Assembly (NCBI GenBank): GCA_037441675.1
Contig: JBBIRS010000007.1
Coordinates: 1-64,000 of the forward strand
Direction of reading: 5' to 3'
DNA: 64,000 nucleotides
Source of the DNA: Planctomycetales bacterium
GTDB lineage: Bacteria > 4484-113
How positions within the stretch are numbered: the stretch's first letter is position 1; each line of letters starts with the position of its first letter. Positions 1 through 9,994 of this stretch are shown here, piece after piece. A program made the position numbers and the translations under genes. The notes below the pieces were generated by a model that worked only from the letters and a program-made list of their open reading frames with translations, was not told where the DNA came from and searched no databases.

Positions 1-1
1 G

Positions 2-190
2 ACCTCCAAAGATGAATGTTCAGAAGATGCAAACCTCCCAACCCCAAACCCCGAACGCTTAGCGTGCGACTACGGAAATAGTGATGTTCCCCTTACATCC
101 CGCACATCAAGCAGTCAATCATCTCAAGAATTGACAAAAGAGGAAGAGCAAAATGACGAAAAAACTTCCAGAGGACCTCGTGGTCCCTAA
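2..190 (+). CDS. 3' end of an upstream ORF overlapping the terminase start (possibly the small terminase subunit); partial
   Basis: Frame open from base 2 to TAA at 188-190 (TSKDECSEDANLP...EKTSRGPRGP*), overlapping the terminase ATG by 38 nt. Identity is inferred from position only. Confidence 0.35.
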   Translation, partial: TSKDECSEDANLPTPNPERLACDYGNSDVPLTSRTSSSQSSQELTKEEEQNDEKTSRGPRGP

Positions 191-1898
191 AATCCATGGG
201 CGTAGAATTCAAACCAAGAGAGACTTTTTTCGTGCGCTAAACTACATCCCACATCGTGGACAACGACTAATCCACAATGCCCGTCAGCGTTTCATAATAG
301 CGATTTGCGGGCGCAGGTGGGGGAAGACGCTGTGCGCCGCGCGAGAGGGTCTTTATCAAGCACTAAAACCCGGTGCGCGCATTCTTGTTACTGCGCCATA
401 TCAGCGCTTAACCGACCGCATTTTCTCTCGCATCTGGTTTGATGCCCTTGCGAGACTCCGCCTACCCGTTGAATCCAGGTCTCGCTCGGATTACATCATC
501 CGCTTCCCCTGGGATGCGGTGATAGAGGCGCGTACTGCGGAAAACCCTGACAACCTCGTTGGTGAAGGATATGACTTCATAGTATTTGACGAATCCGCCA
601 AGGCTCGAGCGGAGGTCTGGGAGCAGTACCTTGCGCCAAGCCTAATGGACAAGAAGGGGCGCGCCCTCTTCATTTCCACCCCCGAGGGCACAAACTGGCT
701 CTATGAACTTTACCTACAAGTGAAACGCAATCGCCATCTCCGCAAAGACTGGCTCGCCTTTGTCAGTCCATCCCGACTCAACCCGCACATCCCAAGAACA
801 GAGTTAATGCTTATGCGGAGGCTTCTCTCGGATTTTTCCTTTGCGCAGGAAATTGAGGCGCGCTTTATGCGTAACTTGAATCTGGTTTACCCGCAATTTT
901 CGCTGGAACGCCATGTGAAGCCTTTGGCTTATGAGCCTCGCCTTCCACTCTACCGCGCGCTAGATTTCGGTTATGTTAACCCCTTCGTTTGTCTAACGAT
1001 TCAGGTCACGCCAAATGACGAGGTTCGCGTCCTCAGCGAGATTTACCTCCGCGGCCACACGCTCACTGAGCTTGCGAAGATTATGCACGAATCTTTGGCG
1101 CAATACTTTGTCAAGTTCCGAAGTTTCTGGCTAAATCCCAATCTGGGGCGCGATTTCATTTCACGCCGAGAGTCACAAGGTTTCATCTCGAGCATTCATC
1201 GCCGCGAGGGGTTCATCTCGAATGCTCATCAAAACGAGGGATTCATCCCGAGAAGTCCTCATTCGGAGGGAAGTAAACCCTCGTCCGAGAGGATTAGGTA
1301 TAACCTCTTTAGTGTTCCACCAAAAATACCCACGCATCCACTCACTGGCGCGCCGAGATTTCCGCAGAGTCTATCCGAGTTCAACGAAGGAATAATTTAC
1401 TTTTGCGATCCAGCTGGTGCGGGTGAGCGGGCTACACTGCACGAGCTAGGCTTCATCACTCAGGCAAGAAATGCGCCAATCAGCCTTGGCATTGAGCTTA
1501 TTCGGCGCGCCCTTGGCCATTCAAATCCATTACCGAACAGCGCGAGATTGCCATCTAAAACGGCAGAAGCGATAAGACCAGCAACCGAGCAGGCACCTCA
1601 TCTACTCATTGACCCATCCTGCGTGAACCTCATCAGGGAATTCAGCTCGTACAGGTATCCCGATCCGCCCGGACAGGCTGTAACAGCTGGAAGTGCTCTT
1701 CACCACGAGCATTCCACAGCGGAGGTGGAACCTCCGACCGCCTCTCTCACGACCTAGTCAAGAGAGAGAGATACATCCAATGGTGTCCTTTACACGAGAA
1801 CCAATGAAGCAGAGACAACGGGAAGCGAATCTCCACTGAAACAGATGGACCACGCCCTCGACGCCCTCCGCTACTTCTTCGTGAATATGTTCGGATGA
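153..1898 (+). pseudogene. Phage terminase large subunit interrupted by an in-frame TAG at 1755-1757 (ORF 153-1757; the frame continues to TGA at 1896-1898)
   Basis: Walker A ICGRRWGKT, Walker B FIVFDES, coupling motif ISTP, nuclease motifs LDFG and DPAG. The terminal nuclease motif DHALDALRY is encoded in frame after the TAG (1848-1874). Confidence 0.85.
1152..1268 (+). repeat. Degenerate in-frame 27-30 nt tandem repeat (x4) inside the terminase
   Basis: Units encode DFISRRESQ / GFISSIHRRE / GFISNAHQNE / GFIPRSPHSE. Confidence 0.8.
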
Positions 1899-2110
1899 GT
1901 GTATTTTTCTTGTTAACGATGATGAGTGAATATGCGCTAAACAAGAACAGATACTCTCGGTTCACAAGGGCTTTTTCTCTTTTTGCGCTCAAGGGAAGGT
2001 GCACATTGGGGTAGTCACCGCACTGATGGAAGCTATGGCGTGGTGGTTTAGGATTCAATGGGTCGTCCTCTCTTTTCGGCGCAGTAGGAGCGATTGACTA
2101 TAATAATACT

Positions 2111-2947
2111 ATGTGCAGATTATTTGCGGGAATTGCGACAGAGGTTCATAATTGGAAGAATGAGCTTGTTGCGTTCAGCAGGCTGGCTACCTGCGGGCTT
2201 AGTGCGCCCCATTCGGATGGTTGGGGCATTGGCTGGTATCAAGCGCCAGCGTCCCCAGAAGAGAGACCCGTGCCTTGCCTACACTCGGCGACTCACAGGT
2301 GGTCGCCCTCCACGCACGTAATCAAGGAACCAAAATCGGCGCTTAACGATGAGCGATTTGACCAAACCGCATCGCGTGTGACGTCCCACATAACTCTCGC
2401 CCACGTTCGCAAAGCCACCGTTGGCGCGCATACCGTTGAAAACTCTCAGCCATTCTTTGATGCGCCTTTCATCTTCGCCCACAACGGCGAGATAGATTAT
2501 GAGCATGCAAAAGAGCGGCTTTTGCCTGAGTGGCTTGCGAAGGTGCGTGGACAATCCGATTCAGAGCTTTACGCCTATCTCATCTTTCAGGAGCTATCCG
2601 CTGGGAGGGACATTACTTTTGCGGTTGGCATTGTCAAATCGCACATCGCCAAGAAGGACCATACGTGTCTCAATTTCGTGATGAGCGATGGCCAGCGAGT
2701 TTACGCTTTCTGTTATGCGAGCGAGGAAGTTCTGAGAAAGCGCAGAGAGGAGGCGATGAAAGGAATGCCAGGGATGGAGCATTACTACACAATCTACTAC
2801 GCCAGTCTCAGCGAGCCTGAGCGAATTTTAGTCTGCTCGGAGAAGCTTGCTGATATCGCGTCTGATGCAGATTGGCAAGAAGTCCAAATCGGCGAGCTTT
2901 TGAGTATTGACTCATCCCTTAAGCCTCGCATTGAGAAAATAGCATAG
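2111..2947 (+). CDS. Class II glutamine amidotransferase (Ntn hydrolase, YafJ/EgtC-like)
   Basis: N-terminal MCRL, HSDGWGIGWY, AHVRKAT, NSQPF, FAHNG, GQSDSE, CSEKL. Confidence 0.9.
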   Translation: MCRLFAGIATEVHNWKNELVAFSRLATCGLSAPHSDGWGIGWYQAPASPEERPVPCLHSATHRWSPSTHVIKEPKSALNDERFDQTASRVTSHITLAHVRKATVGAHTVENSQPFFDAPFIFAHNGEIDYEHAKERLLPEWLAKVRGQSDSELYAYLIFQELSAGRDITFAVGIVKSHIAKKDHTCLNFVMSDGQRVYAFCYASEEVLRKRREEAMKGMPGMEHYYTIYYASLSEPERILVCSEKLADIASDADWQEVQIGELLSIDSSLKPRIEKIA

Positions 2948-3109
2948 TTAACGCCTGTTCAATTCTTCTAACTCAAGCGAGTCGCCACGAGGAGGTTTTC
3001 AATCGCCCTGCCATGTCAACGAAAATGAGGTTAGCGGGCTTCTTGATCATCTTGCGTACTATAACTGCCACCATTTGCATTTTCAATGTGCCAAAGAGTT
3101 ATCGAAACA

Positions 3110-3357
3110 CTAAAGCTCTTCCAAAATACGGACGAACTTTTCCCTTGTCAGACCTATATCATCGAGAACATTATAGATTAAGAACCGGGAAAGGTCTCTC
3201 CCGGGATGTTTCGGAAGTGTCGTCGCTCGTCCATCGCTATGGCGGTAAAAATATGGCTACCCTTTTGAAGAACGGGCTTTAAGTCAAGATGGTAAAGCAC
3301 TTTTTCCATAGTTTGGAATTTGAGAGCTGGTATTCACGGCGATGAGCGAGGGCTCAT
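3110..3357 (-). pseudogene. hicA: HicA-family toxin, disrupted by a premature TGA and a 1-nt frameshift
   Basis: Manual translation: MSPRSSP*IPALKFQTMEKVLYHLDLKPVLQKGSHIF, then after a frameshift in the T-run near 3247-3251 YRHSDGRATTLPKHPGRDLSRFLIYNVLDDIGLTREKFVRILEEL*. Carries the QKGSH and HPGRDL HicA motifs, with an ATGA overlap on the hicB stop. Confidence 0.8.
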
Positions 3358-3584
3358 AAGAGAGAAACCTCAACCTGCTCAACGCCATCGAATGAAGGAA
3401 CCTTTTCAATATCACCTTGGTATTCTTGCAAGCAAAGCTCAAGAACTTCTTATAGGTTTGCCCTTAGTTCATCCAGCGTCCTAACCAGTGTATGCGCGCC
3501 AGGAATGCCAGGTACCATTACAACGTAAAGGCTTGTTTCATTATCGTATTGAACGTAGGCAGTGAGCGTTCGTGAACTACCCAT
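3354..3584 (-). pseudogene. hicB: HicB-family antitoxin with an internal TAA
   Basis: Manual translation: MGSSRTLTAYVQYDNETSLYVVMVPGIPGAHTLVRTLDELRANL*EVLELCLQEYQGDIEKVPSFDGVEQVEVSLL*; internal stop at 3450-3452. Confidence 0.8.
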
Positions 3585-3795
3585 ACATTTTTTATACCGT
3601 AGCTTCAGGACATATATCATAGAATGCAAAAGTATTGCGAAACAGCTAGAGTTCTCTAATTGCCCAGCCCTTTCACACCTTCGAGGTAAATCATTCTTGA
3701 TGAGCGCATTTCTTATTACGAGCGTAATTTACTATTAGACGTGTATTCATTTTACTTTTCACGCAAAGGAACAGGCTGTAGAATGGGTATCTGAA

Positions 3796-4611
3796 TTGGA
3801 GACGCTTCGGCTAAATCAGGCGCTATCTCGGCTTGGCGTCGCATCAAGGCGCAAGGCGGATGAGCTTATCCGCGCAGGACGCGTCGCCATTAACGGAAAA
3901 GTTACCACCGATTTTTCTACGCGGGTTAACATTGAAAGAGACCGAATCTCAATTGATGGAAGGCTGATACTCGCGCCAAATCTTTTTGGGCTGAGCGTGA
4001 AGTTCACAGATGCTCAAGTGGATATCCCCCGCCCACATCCAGAGCTTGTTGCTGGTGCGCATATTTATCTTGCGTTCTACAAACCTAAGGGCGTCATTTC
4101 AACTTGGAGCGATGAGCGCGGTCGCAAATGCTTGGCGGACTTTTTTGAGACAAGAAGTAGCTTAATCGCTGTCGGCAGATTGGACAGGCATAGCGAGGGC
4201 TTGATAATTATTACTACCGATGGCGAGCTTGCCAATAGGCTAATGCACCCACGATTTGAAATCGCTAGAACTTATCAGGTTCTTGTAACTCCGCCCATCA
4301 CTCAGGAAAAGTGGAAAGAAATAGCTAAAGGCATTTTGCTTCCGCAATTTGGCAAGCATAAATCTGCGCTATTTCTTCCCAGTTCTGGGCAAATACTAGA
4401 AAGGCGAGAGGACGCAACTCTTTTTGAGCTTTCCCTGAAAACAGGAAGATACCGCGAGATAAGAAGAGCGATGAACAGCTTGGGTTTAAAGGTGCTACGA
4501 TTGAAGAGGGTTGCCTATGCCAACATCAATCTTAGAAATCTCAAGCCCGGCAAGTCTCGGAAGATAACAAAATCAGAGATTAGCACACTCAAGAAACTGG
4601 TTGGTCTCTGA
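3796..4611 (+). CDS. rRNA pseudouridine synthase, RsuA/RluB family
   Basis: S4 domain (RLNQALSRLGVASRRKADELI), YKPKG, catalytic VGRLDRHSEGL. Confidence 0.92.
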   Translation: METLRLNQALSRLGVASRRKADELIRAGRVAINGKVTTDFSTRVNIERDRISIDGRLILAPNLFGLSVKFTDAQVDIPRPHPELVAGAHIYLAFYKPKGVISTWSDERGRKCLADFFETRSSLIAVGRLDRHSEGLIIITTDGELANRLMHPRFEIARTYQVLVTPPITQEKWKEIAKGILLPQFGKHKSALFLPSSGQILERREDATLFELSLKTGRYREIRRAMNSLGLKVLRLKRVAYANINLRNLKPGKSRKITKSEISTLKKLVGL

Positions 4612-4781
4612 AGGACATTGCCTGCGCATAAGAACAAAAAAGAGCAACTGCGCCTAAATGAAGAAATGCGTATCAGTTCCGCACGGTTTACCAAAGTATA
4701 GAAAGTAGCCCTAAATGCCTTCGTCTTGCATCACAATCTGCGCAACTTCAGTAACCGCAGGTTCTGAACTAAAGTAAATTG

Positions 4782-5927
4782 CTAGATGCCTTCGCCCGGT
4801 TTAACAATCTCCGCAACCGCTTCCCACTGCTCCCGTCTCTGCATAACTCTTTCAGAGAAGTCTGTTTCTTTCTGCTCCAACAGCTTGAAATCATGGGGCG
4901 AGCTAGCGGCATTAATTGCGGTCTCGTATGTGATAAGCCCGCGACGATACATCCCGAGGAGGTATTGGTCAAAGGTAATCATCCCTTCGCCGGTTCCTTC
5001 CTCAATAGCGTTCTTAATGGCGCCTGTCTTTTCCGGATCCTCAATGAACTCGCGAATTCTACCAGTGGTGCGCATTATCTCCATCGCGGGAACACGCCCA
5101 CCTCCAACCATAGGCAAAAGACGCATTGAGATAATTGCCTTGATGGTTTCGGAGAGCATTAGCCTTGCCTGCTTCTGCATTATGTCGGGGTAGAAGTCTA
5201 TGATGCGGTTAATGGTTTGGACCACATCCAAAGTGTGAAGTGTTGTTAGCACAAGGTGGCCAGTGAGCGCTGCCTGGAATGTTGCGGTGACTGTCTCTCT
5301 ATCGCGCATCTCGCCAACCATAATGATATCCGGGTCCTCACGCATCGCGCCTCTTAGCGCGTCCAAGAAACTATTAGTGTCAATTCCCATCTCCCGCTGA
5401 TTGATGATGGCTTCCTTATCGTAGAAGATGAATTCAATTGGGTCTTCAATGGTGATGATGTGAACCGGACGTCTGTTGTTAACATATTCAATCATTGACG
5501 CAAGGGTGGTGGACTTGCCTGAACCGGTAGTGCCTGTGATGATTATAATGCCTCTTCTCTCTAGGGATATTTCTTCAAGGATGAGAGGCAGGTTGAGGTC
5601 TTCAAAGGTGAGAATCTTGTCAGGAACTAATCTTAAAGCGGCGCATAGATGCCCCCTTGAGCGGAATATGTTTACCCTAAACCTTCCCCGATCCTTGTAC
5701 TGATAGGAAACATCTATCTCGTTTCTCTCTTCCAAAAGGTACTCGCGCTTTGCGGTTAGTAAGAATTTGCAGTATCGCTCAATCGCATCTTCATCCACGA
5801 TAGGATAATCGGTTGGCATCAAATCTCCATCCACGCGGATGTATGGTGGTCTTCCCACGCCAAGGTGCAAGTCTGATGCCCTCTTGTCAATAACCAAATC
5901 TAACAACTCTAGTATGTCAACCGCCAT
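4782..5927 (-). CDS. pilT: Type IV pilus retraction ATPase, PilT/PilU family
   Basis: ASDLHL, GTTGSGKSTT, TIEDPIE, REDPDIIMVGEMRD, TGHLVLTTLH. Confidence 0.88.
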   Translation of the reverse strand: MAVDILELLDLVIDKRASDLHLGVGRPPYIRVDGDLMPTDYPIVDEDAIERYCKFLLTAKREYLLEERNEIDVSYQYKDRGRFRVNIFRSRGHLCAALRLVPDKILTFEDLNLPLILEEISLERRGIIIITGTTGSGKSTTLASMIEYVNNRRPVHIITIEDPIEFIFYDKEAIINQREMGIDTNSFLDALRGAMREDPDIIMVGEMRDRETVTATFQAALTGHLVLTTLHTLDVVQTINRIIDFYPDIMQKQARLMLSETIKAIISMRLLPMVGGGRVPAMEIMRTTGRIREFIEDPEKTGAIKNAIEEGTGEGMITFDQYLLGMYRRGLITYETAINAASSPHDFKLLEQKETDFSERVMQRREQWEAVAEIVKPGEGI

Positions 5928-6153
5928 CTGCTAACCTCCGAAGTTACGAAACTACTATGATTATAAGCTTAATTATTATAACATGACAAGAGCTTAGCCT
6001 GCTTGCACTACATTAGACTTGCACACGTTCAATATAGAGCTGAGGAAAATTTTCTCGGAAAAATTTTCTTTTTAACGGGCAAATCCTATTGAATTTGAAA
6101 AGTAAAAGTATATATAATTCAAAAAGCCAGGAACAGAAGGGGGAAATTTTTGA

Positions 6154-6858
6154 ATGAATACTAGGATACTTTTTATCAATAGAAATACGAATCTTTTGAA
6201 GCTTGTAAGTAATAGATTAGGGAACGAGAACGTAGAGGTAAAGAGCGCAACAACGTGGGGGCAAGCGGTGAAATTAGTTCAAAGGGAAGAGTTTGACCTG
6301 ATAATAGGAGACACGCGCGGTAGCAAGGAAGAAATTAGCGGATTTCTTGAAGCGATAAACGGTGATGGCAAACTTCAGACTGAGATAGTGATGCTTGGGG
6401 AAGATTATGAGCAGTTATCTTCCCCGCGACACGATAACGTGCATATCTTTGAGCGCAAGCCTTTTCTTCAGGAAGGTGTGTTCAAGCTTTTAGAGAAGGT
6501 GAAGGAGAAGAAAAAGACACTTCACGCATTTAATCAAAACTTGTTGAATAATCAAAGTAGGTATTTGCGTTTTGGCGAATTTACCGTTGATACTCTAACT
6601 AAGACTGTGATGAAGGGAGATAGCGAGATATACTTGCGGACTAAGGAGTACCTGCTTTTGATAACTCTTTTGAAGAACGCGGGAAGAGTTTTATCTCGTG
6701 AAGAGCTTAAAGAGAGGGCGTGGGGAGAAAATTGCCCTTCGGATATTAAGACTGTGGAGGTTACAATTTCCTCACTTAGGAAGAAAATTGAGGGCAAAGA
6801 AGATCGCGGAAGATTCATAAGAACCGAGAGAGGTGAAGGTTACAGATTAGTTCCTTGA
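6154..6858 (+). CDS. OmpR/PhoB-type response regulator with a degenerate receiver domain
   Basis: C-terminal winged helix (LRTKEYLLL, GRVLSREEL, TVEVTISSLRKKIE, IRTERGEGY). The receiver lacks the acidic pair. Confidence 0.85.
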   Translation: MNTRILFINRNTNLLKLVSNRLGNENVEVKSATTWGQAVKLVQREEFDLIIGDTRGSKEEISGFLEAINGDGKLQTEIVMLGEDYEQLSSPRHDNVHIFERKPFLQEGVFKLLEKVKEKKKTLHAFNQNLLNNQSRYLRFGEFTVDTLTKTVMKGDSEIYLRTKEYLLLITLLKNAGRVLSREELKERAWGENCPSDIKTVEVTISSLRKKIEGKEDRGRFIRTERGEGYRLVP

Positions 6859-6907
6859 AATCATTAAGCATTCAATAACTCTCACTCCAATTCGGCTCTA
6901 ATCCAAA

Positions 6908-7828
6908 CTAACCTATAAGTTCTTTTTCCGCAATTATTCCTTTAATCCTTGCGGTTCGCTCAACTATGCAATCAACGAGCTTTGAATCTTCCACCGATGC
7001 GCCATCCGCAATGCTAACGTAAGGACCTATCTCGCTATTCTTCACCGACGAAGAGCTGGAGATGTAAACAGGTGGAATAACCTTACAGGTCGGAATACTT
7101 GGCTGAAAGTTTCCCCTATCTAGTAGAAACCTGTTAGTTTCCAGAAGATTCTCTACGCTCCCACAATCAAGCCAGACTTTAACAGGAAAGGTGGTCAGAT
7201 AAGCGCCACGCTGAACCATCAAATCAAAGGCATCAGTCGCTTGAATCTCCCCACGGGTGCGCAAGTCCTTTCTCACAACTTCATCCAGGCACTCGTAGAG
7301 AAGCTTTGAGTTTCTAAAGTAGCTGACGCCTATTATTGCGAGATTGCTTGGTGGTTCTTTGGGTTTTTCAATAAGCTTTACGACTCTCTCTCCATCAAGA
7401 ACGACTACACCAAGACTTCTTGGGTCCTCAACGTATTTAACGCCAAGCGAGCCATCTCCGTCCTTACTGAAGGCGGATGCAATCTCAGCTTCAAGTATCG
7501 TGTCGCCATATATTATGAGAACTTCATCGCCTCCCGCAATTTCCCTCGTCAGCCAGATAGCATGCCCTAAGCCTAAAAGCTCCTTCTGTTCAACAAAGTT
7601 AACGGTCATTCGTGGAAACGCCCTCTTCACATAGTCAACTACCATTTCTCCAAGATAGCCAACGATTAGGACAATCTCAGATATGGAAAGGCTTTCTAGG
7701 AGGGAAATAATATGCCCAATGGTTGGTTTATCGCCTACGTGAATGAGCGCCTTCGGAATTTTATCCGTCACTGGACGAAGCCGCGTTCCAAGTCCTGCCG
7801 CTGGAATTATCGCTATCCTCTTTGGCAT
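6908..7828 (-). CDS. Sugar-phosphate nucleotidyltransferase (glucose-1-phosphate thymidylyltransferase-like)
   Basis: IIPAAGLGTRLRP, PKAL, LGLGHA, EKP, WLDCG, C-terminal hexapeptide-like region. Confidence 0.88.
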   Translation of the reverse strand: MPKRIAIIPAAGLGTRLRPVTDKIPKALIHVGDKPTIGHIISLLESLSISEIVLIVGYLGEMVVDYVKRAFPRMTVNFVEQKELLGLGHAIWLTREIAGGDEVLIIYGDTILEAEIASAFSKDGDGSLGVKYVEDPRSLGVVVLDGERVVKLIEKPKEPPSNLAIIGVSYFRNSKLLYECLDEVVRKDLRTRGEIQATDAFDLMVQRGAYLTTFPVKVWLDCGSVENLLETNRFLLDRGNFQPSIPTCKVIPPVYISSSSSVKNSEIGPYVSIADGASVEDSKLVDCIVERTARIKGIIAEKELIG

Positions 7829-8031
7829 ACTATCAACTATTTTAGCGTTAACCGTGTTCAAGCAGATTGATAATGGCTGTTATTCTTATTCTTGCTAATC
7901 TATGTGCGAGCTGTCCAAATGTGCGCATTGCCCATCTTGACATATTGCTTTGAATTAAGGGAAATGTTAGAGGATTGTTAGAGAAATTATCAGAATTTGG
8001 CGATGGAAGGAAAAAGTTGAATCCGCGGATT

Positions 8032-8775
8032 TCAGAGCCTTTGCCCCTGAGGTAGATAGAGAATTCTACCAAGCCTGATCATATTAGCTCCTTCTAGAAG
8101 AGCCCACTCAAAATCAAGGCTCATTCCCATTGAGAGCGTGTCAATTTCACTGCCAAATTGAGTTCTCATTTCATCAAAGAGCTTATAAGTTCGCGAGAAT
8201 GCATCCCGTGTTGTTCTTTCATATTCAGCGTCAATCGCGTTAGTGGGCGCAGAGGGTATGCACATTAGCCCGCGTAGCTTGAGCGCATCACATCCTTCAA
8301 CAAACTCCGCTAGTGCCAGCACATCCTCAGGCATACTGCCAGATTTTTGCTCCTCTCGGTCTATGTTTACTTCAATCAAAACGGGTAGTGATAATCCAAG
8401 TTCGCTGGATTTTCTGTTCAGTATCTCAGCAATCTTCTTCCTGTCTAAGCTCTGAACGAAGTCAAAATTACCTGGGATTTTGCCCGCCTTATTGCTCTGA
8501 ATAGTGCCAACCATATGCGCGTTAAAATTTAGCCCTTCAGCCCTCAATAGCCCGTACTTGCTAATTCCCTCAAGTATTCTGTTTTCGCCAAGCTCTGTAA
8601 GACCAGATTCAATAAGCGCCCTGCACCAACTCGCATCTACGTATTTTGTTATCGCAACTATCCTGATTTTTTTATCTGGCGCTACTCTTTCAATTCTTTC
8701 CTTGATGAAACTTAAGTTTGCCTTGATTATTTTTGTCTTTTCCTCTAGCGTGTTGACATTAAGCCCAAATTCCAC
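8032..8775 (-). CDS. yggS: PLP homeostasis protein, YggS family
   Basis: VAITKY, GENR, HMVGTIQSNK, EVNI..EEQKSG, GLMCIP, LSMGMSLD. Confidence 0.92.
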   Translation of the reverse strand: MEFGLNVNTLEEKTKIIKANLSFIKERIERVAPDKKIRIVAITKYVDASWCRALIESGLTELGENRILEGISKYGLLRAEGLNFNAHMVGTIQSNKAGKIPGNFDFVQSLDRKKIAEILNRKSSELGLSLPVLIEVNIDREEQKSGSMPEDVLALAEFVEGCDALKLRGLMCIPSAPTNAIDAEYERTTRDAFSRTYKLFDEMRTQFGSEIDTLSMGMSLDFEWALLEGANMIRLGRILYLPQGQRL

Positions 8776-8790
8776 TGTTAGTATTTTATA

Positions 8791-9492
8791 ATGGGAGCTG
8801 AAACAAGGAGAAAATACTTAATGATAAAACCTTATGTAACTAAAGAGAACATTGATGAGAAAGCGGAGAGGTGGCTTTCAGAGATATCGCAGTACAATAC
8901 CCACAAACGCAAATTGGAATTAGGAGAATGTGCGCTACTTGTGATTGATATGCAAAAGTTTTTCCTTGCGCCAAATTCACCCACATTTACCCCAGGAGGG
9001 CTTGCGATAATTCTTAAATGCCAGGCTCTCATTCAGGCGTTCAGGTGTGCGAATAGGCCAGTAATATTCACTTGCCACGTGCACAAGAGCCCAGAGTTTG
9101 ATGGCGGGCTGACCACACAGTGGTGGGAGGGCGTTTGCCTTGAGGGAACTGAAGAAAGTGAAGTTCACGAGTCCCTGAAACCTCTCCCAAATGAGAAAGT
9201 TATTCTTAAACACCGCTACAACGCCTTTTACAACACTGACCTGGAGATTACCCTAAGATGCATGGGCATCAGAGATCTTGTCATCTGCGGAATTATGACC
9301 AATATCTGCTGTGAAAGCACCGCACGGGACGCATTTATGCGTGACTTTCGCGTTTTCTTTCCAGTAGATGCAAATGGTAGCGTTAATGAGGATTTGCACC
9401 TTTCATCTCTTAAAAACCTTGCCTTCGGCTTCGCCTACATCTCTAGGACTGAAGAAATCCTGAGAACAGTTGGCGAGCTTAAGAGAGCATAA
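8791..9492 (+). CDS. Isochorismatase-family cysteine hydrolase
   Basis: ALLVIDMQ, KHRYNAF, GIMTNICCESTARDAF. Confidence 0.9.
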   Translation: MGAETRRKYLMIKPYVTKENIDEKAERWLSEISQYNTHKRKLELGECALLVIDMQKFFLAPNSPTFTPGGLAIILKCQALIQAFRCANRPVIFTCHVHKSPEFDGGLTTQWWEGVCLEGTEESEVHESLKPLPNEKVILKHRYNAFYNTDLEITLRCMGIRDLVICGIMTNICCESTARDAFMRDFRVFFPVDANGSVNEDLHLSSLKNLAFGFAYISRTEEILRTVGELKRA

Positions 9493-9994
9493 GTTAGCCT
9501 TTTAGGCGGGCTCTAAAGTTTGCACCATAATGCACTTACCAAAACTTCCACTCTTTAAGCCTAACTTATGCCAGCTTGTTGCCGTTTCATTCATCAGTTG
9601 CGGAAGGCAGGAAGGGCATAGGGACCACCGCCCAGGGATGCCTTTGCCAGCAGAGTGCCGTTAAATCCGATTATTGGTACGGCTTACATATTAACTTCCG
9701 CATTTTAAAAAGTATGCAAGCAATGTACCTGCCGGGTTGAGCATTAAAGTAGCATTCCAATTGAGGGCTAGATTGCCCATCTCGGTATCATTTGTGCTGA
9801 TTCTCTTGCGCCTGATTTTTATTCGTAGAATAAAATCTTGGGATGAGGGAAAGAGCGATTTTCTTGAGAATAAGTTTCAAACGTTGACCATTTCTCGTAG
9901 ATACAAGTTTTTAATCTCCAAGGCTAGTTTAAGCTAGAGGGCAACTTTAACACTCTATCAAGCCTAAATTTCATATGCTATACTTATTTTCTGA

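Noticed and set aside
1755..1757. Genome-wide TAG reassignment
   Set aside because: smc, guaB3, hpt, rho and other genes end at TAG at their expected C-termini
2975..3081. Minus-strand peptide LIFVDMAGRLKT resembling the SRP GTPase DTAGR motif
   Set aside because: Only ~35 codons with no other GTPase motif; probably coincidence
3013..3282. 89-aa + strand ORF
   Set aside because: It is the antisense shadow of the hicA pseudogene and has no recognisable motifs
9570..9700. Possible riboswitch upstream of hutI (GC-rich hairpin at about 9606-9648)
   Set aside because: No match to any riboswitch consensus I can recognise; it includes a fragment of the REP module (reverse complement GATGAATGAAACGGC). 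An Rfam scan would settle it.
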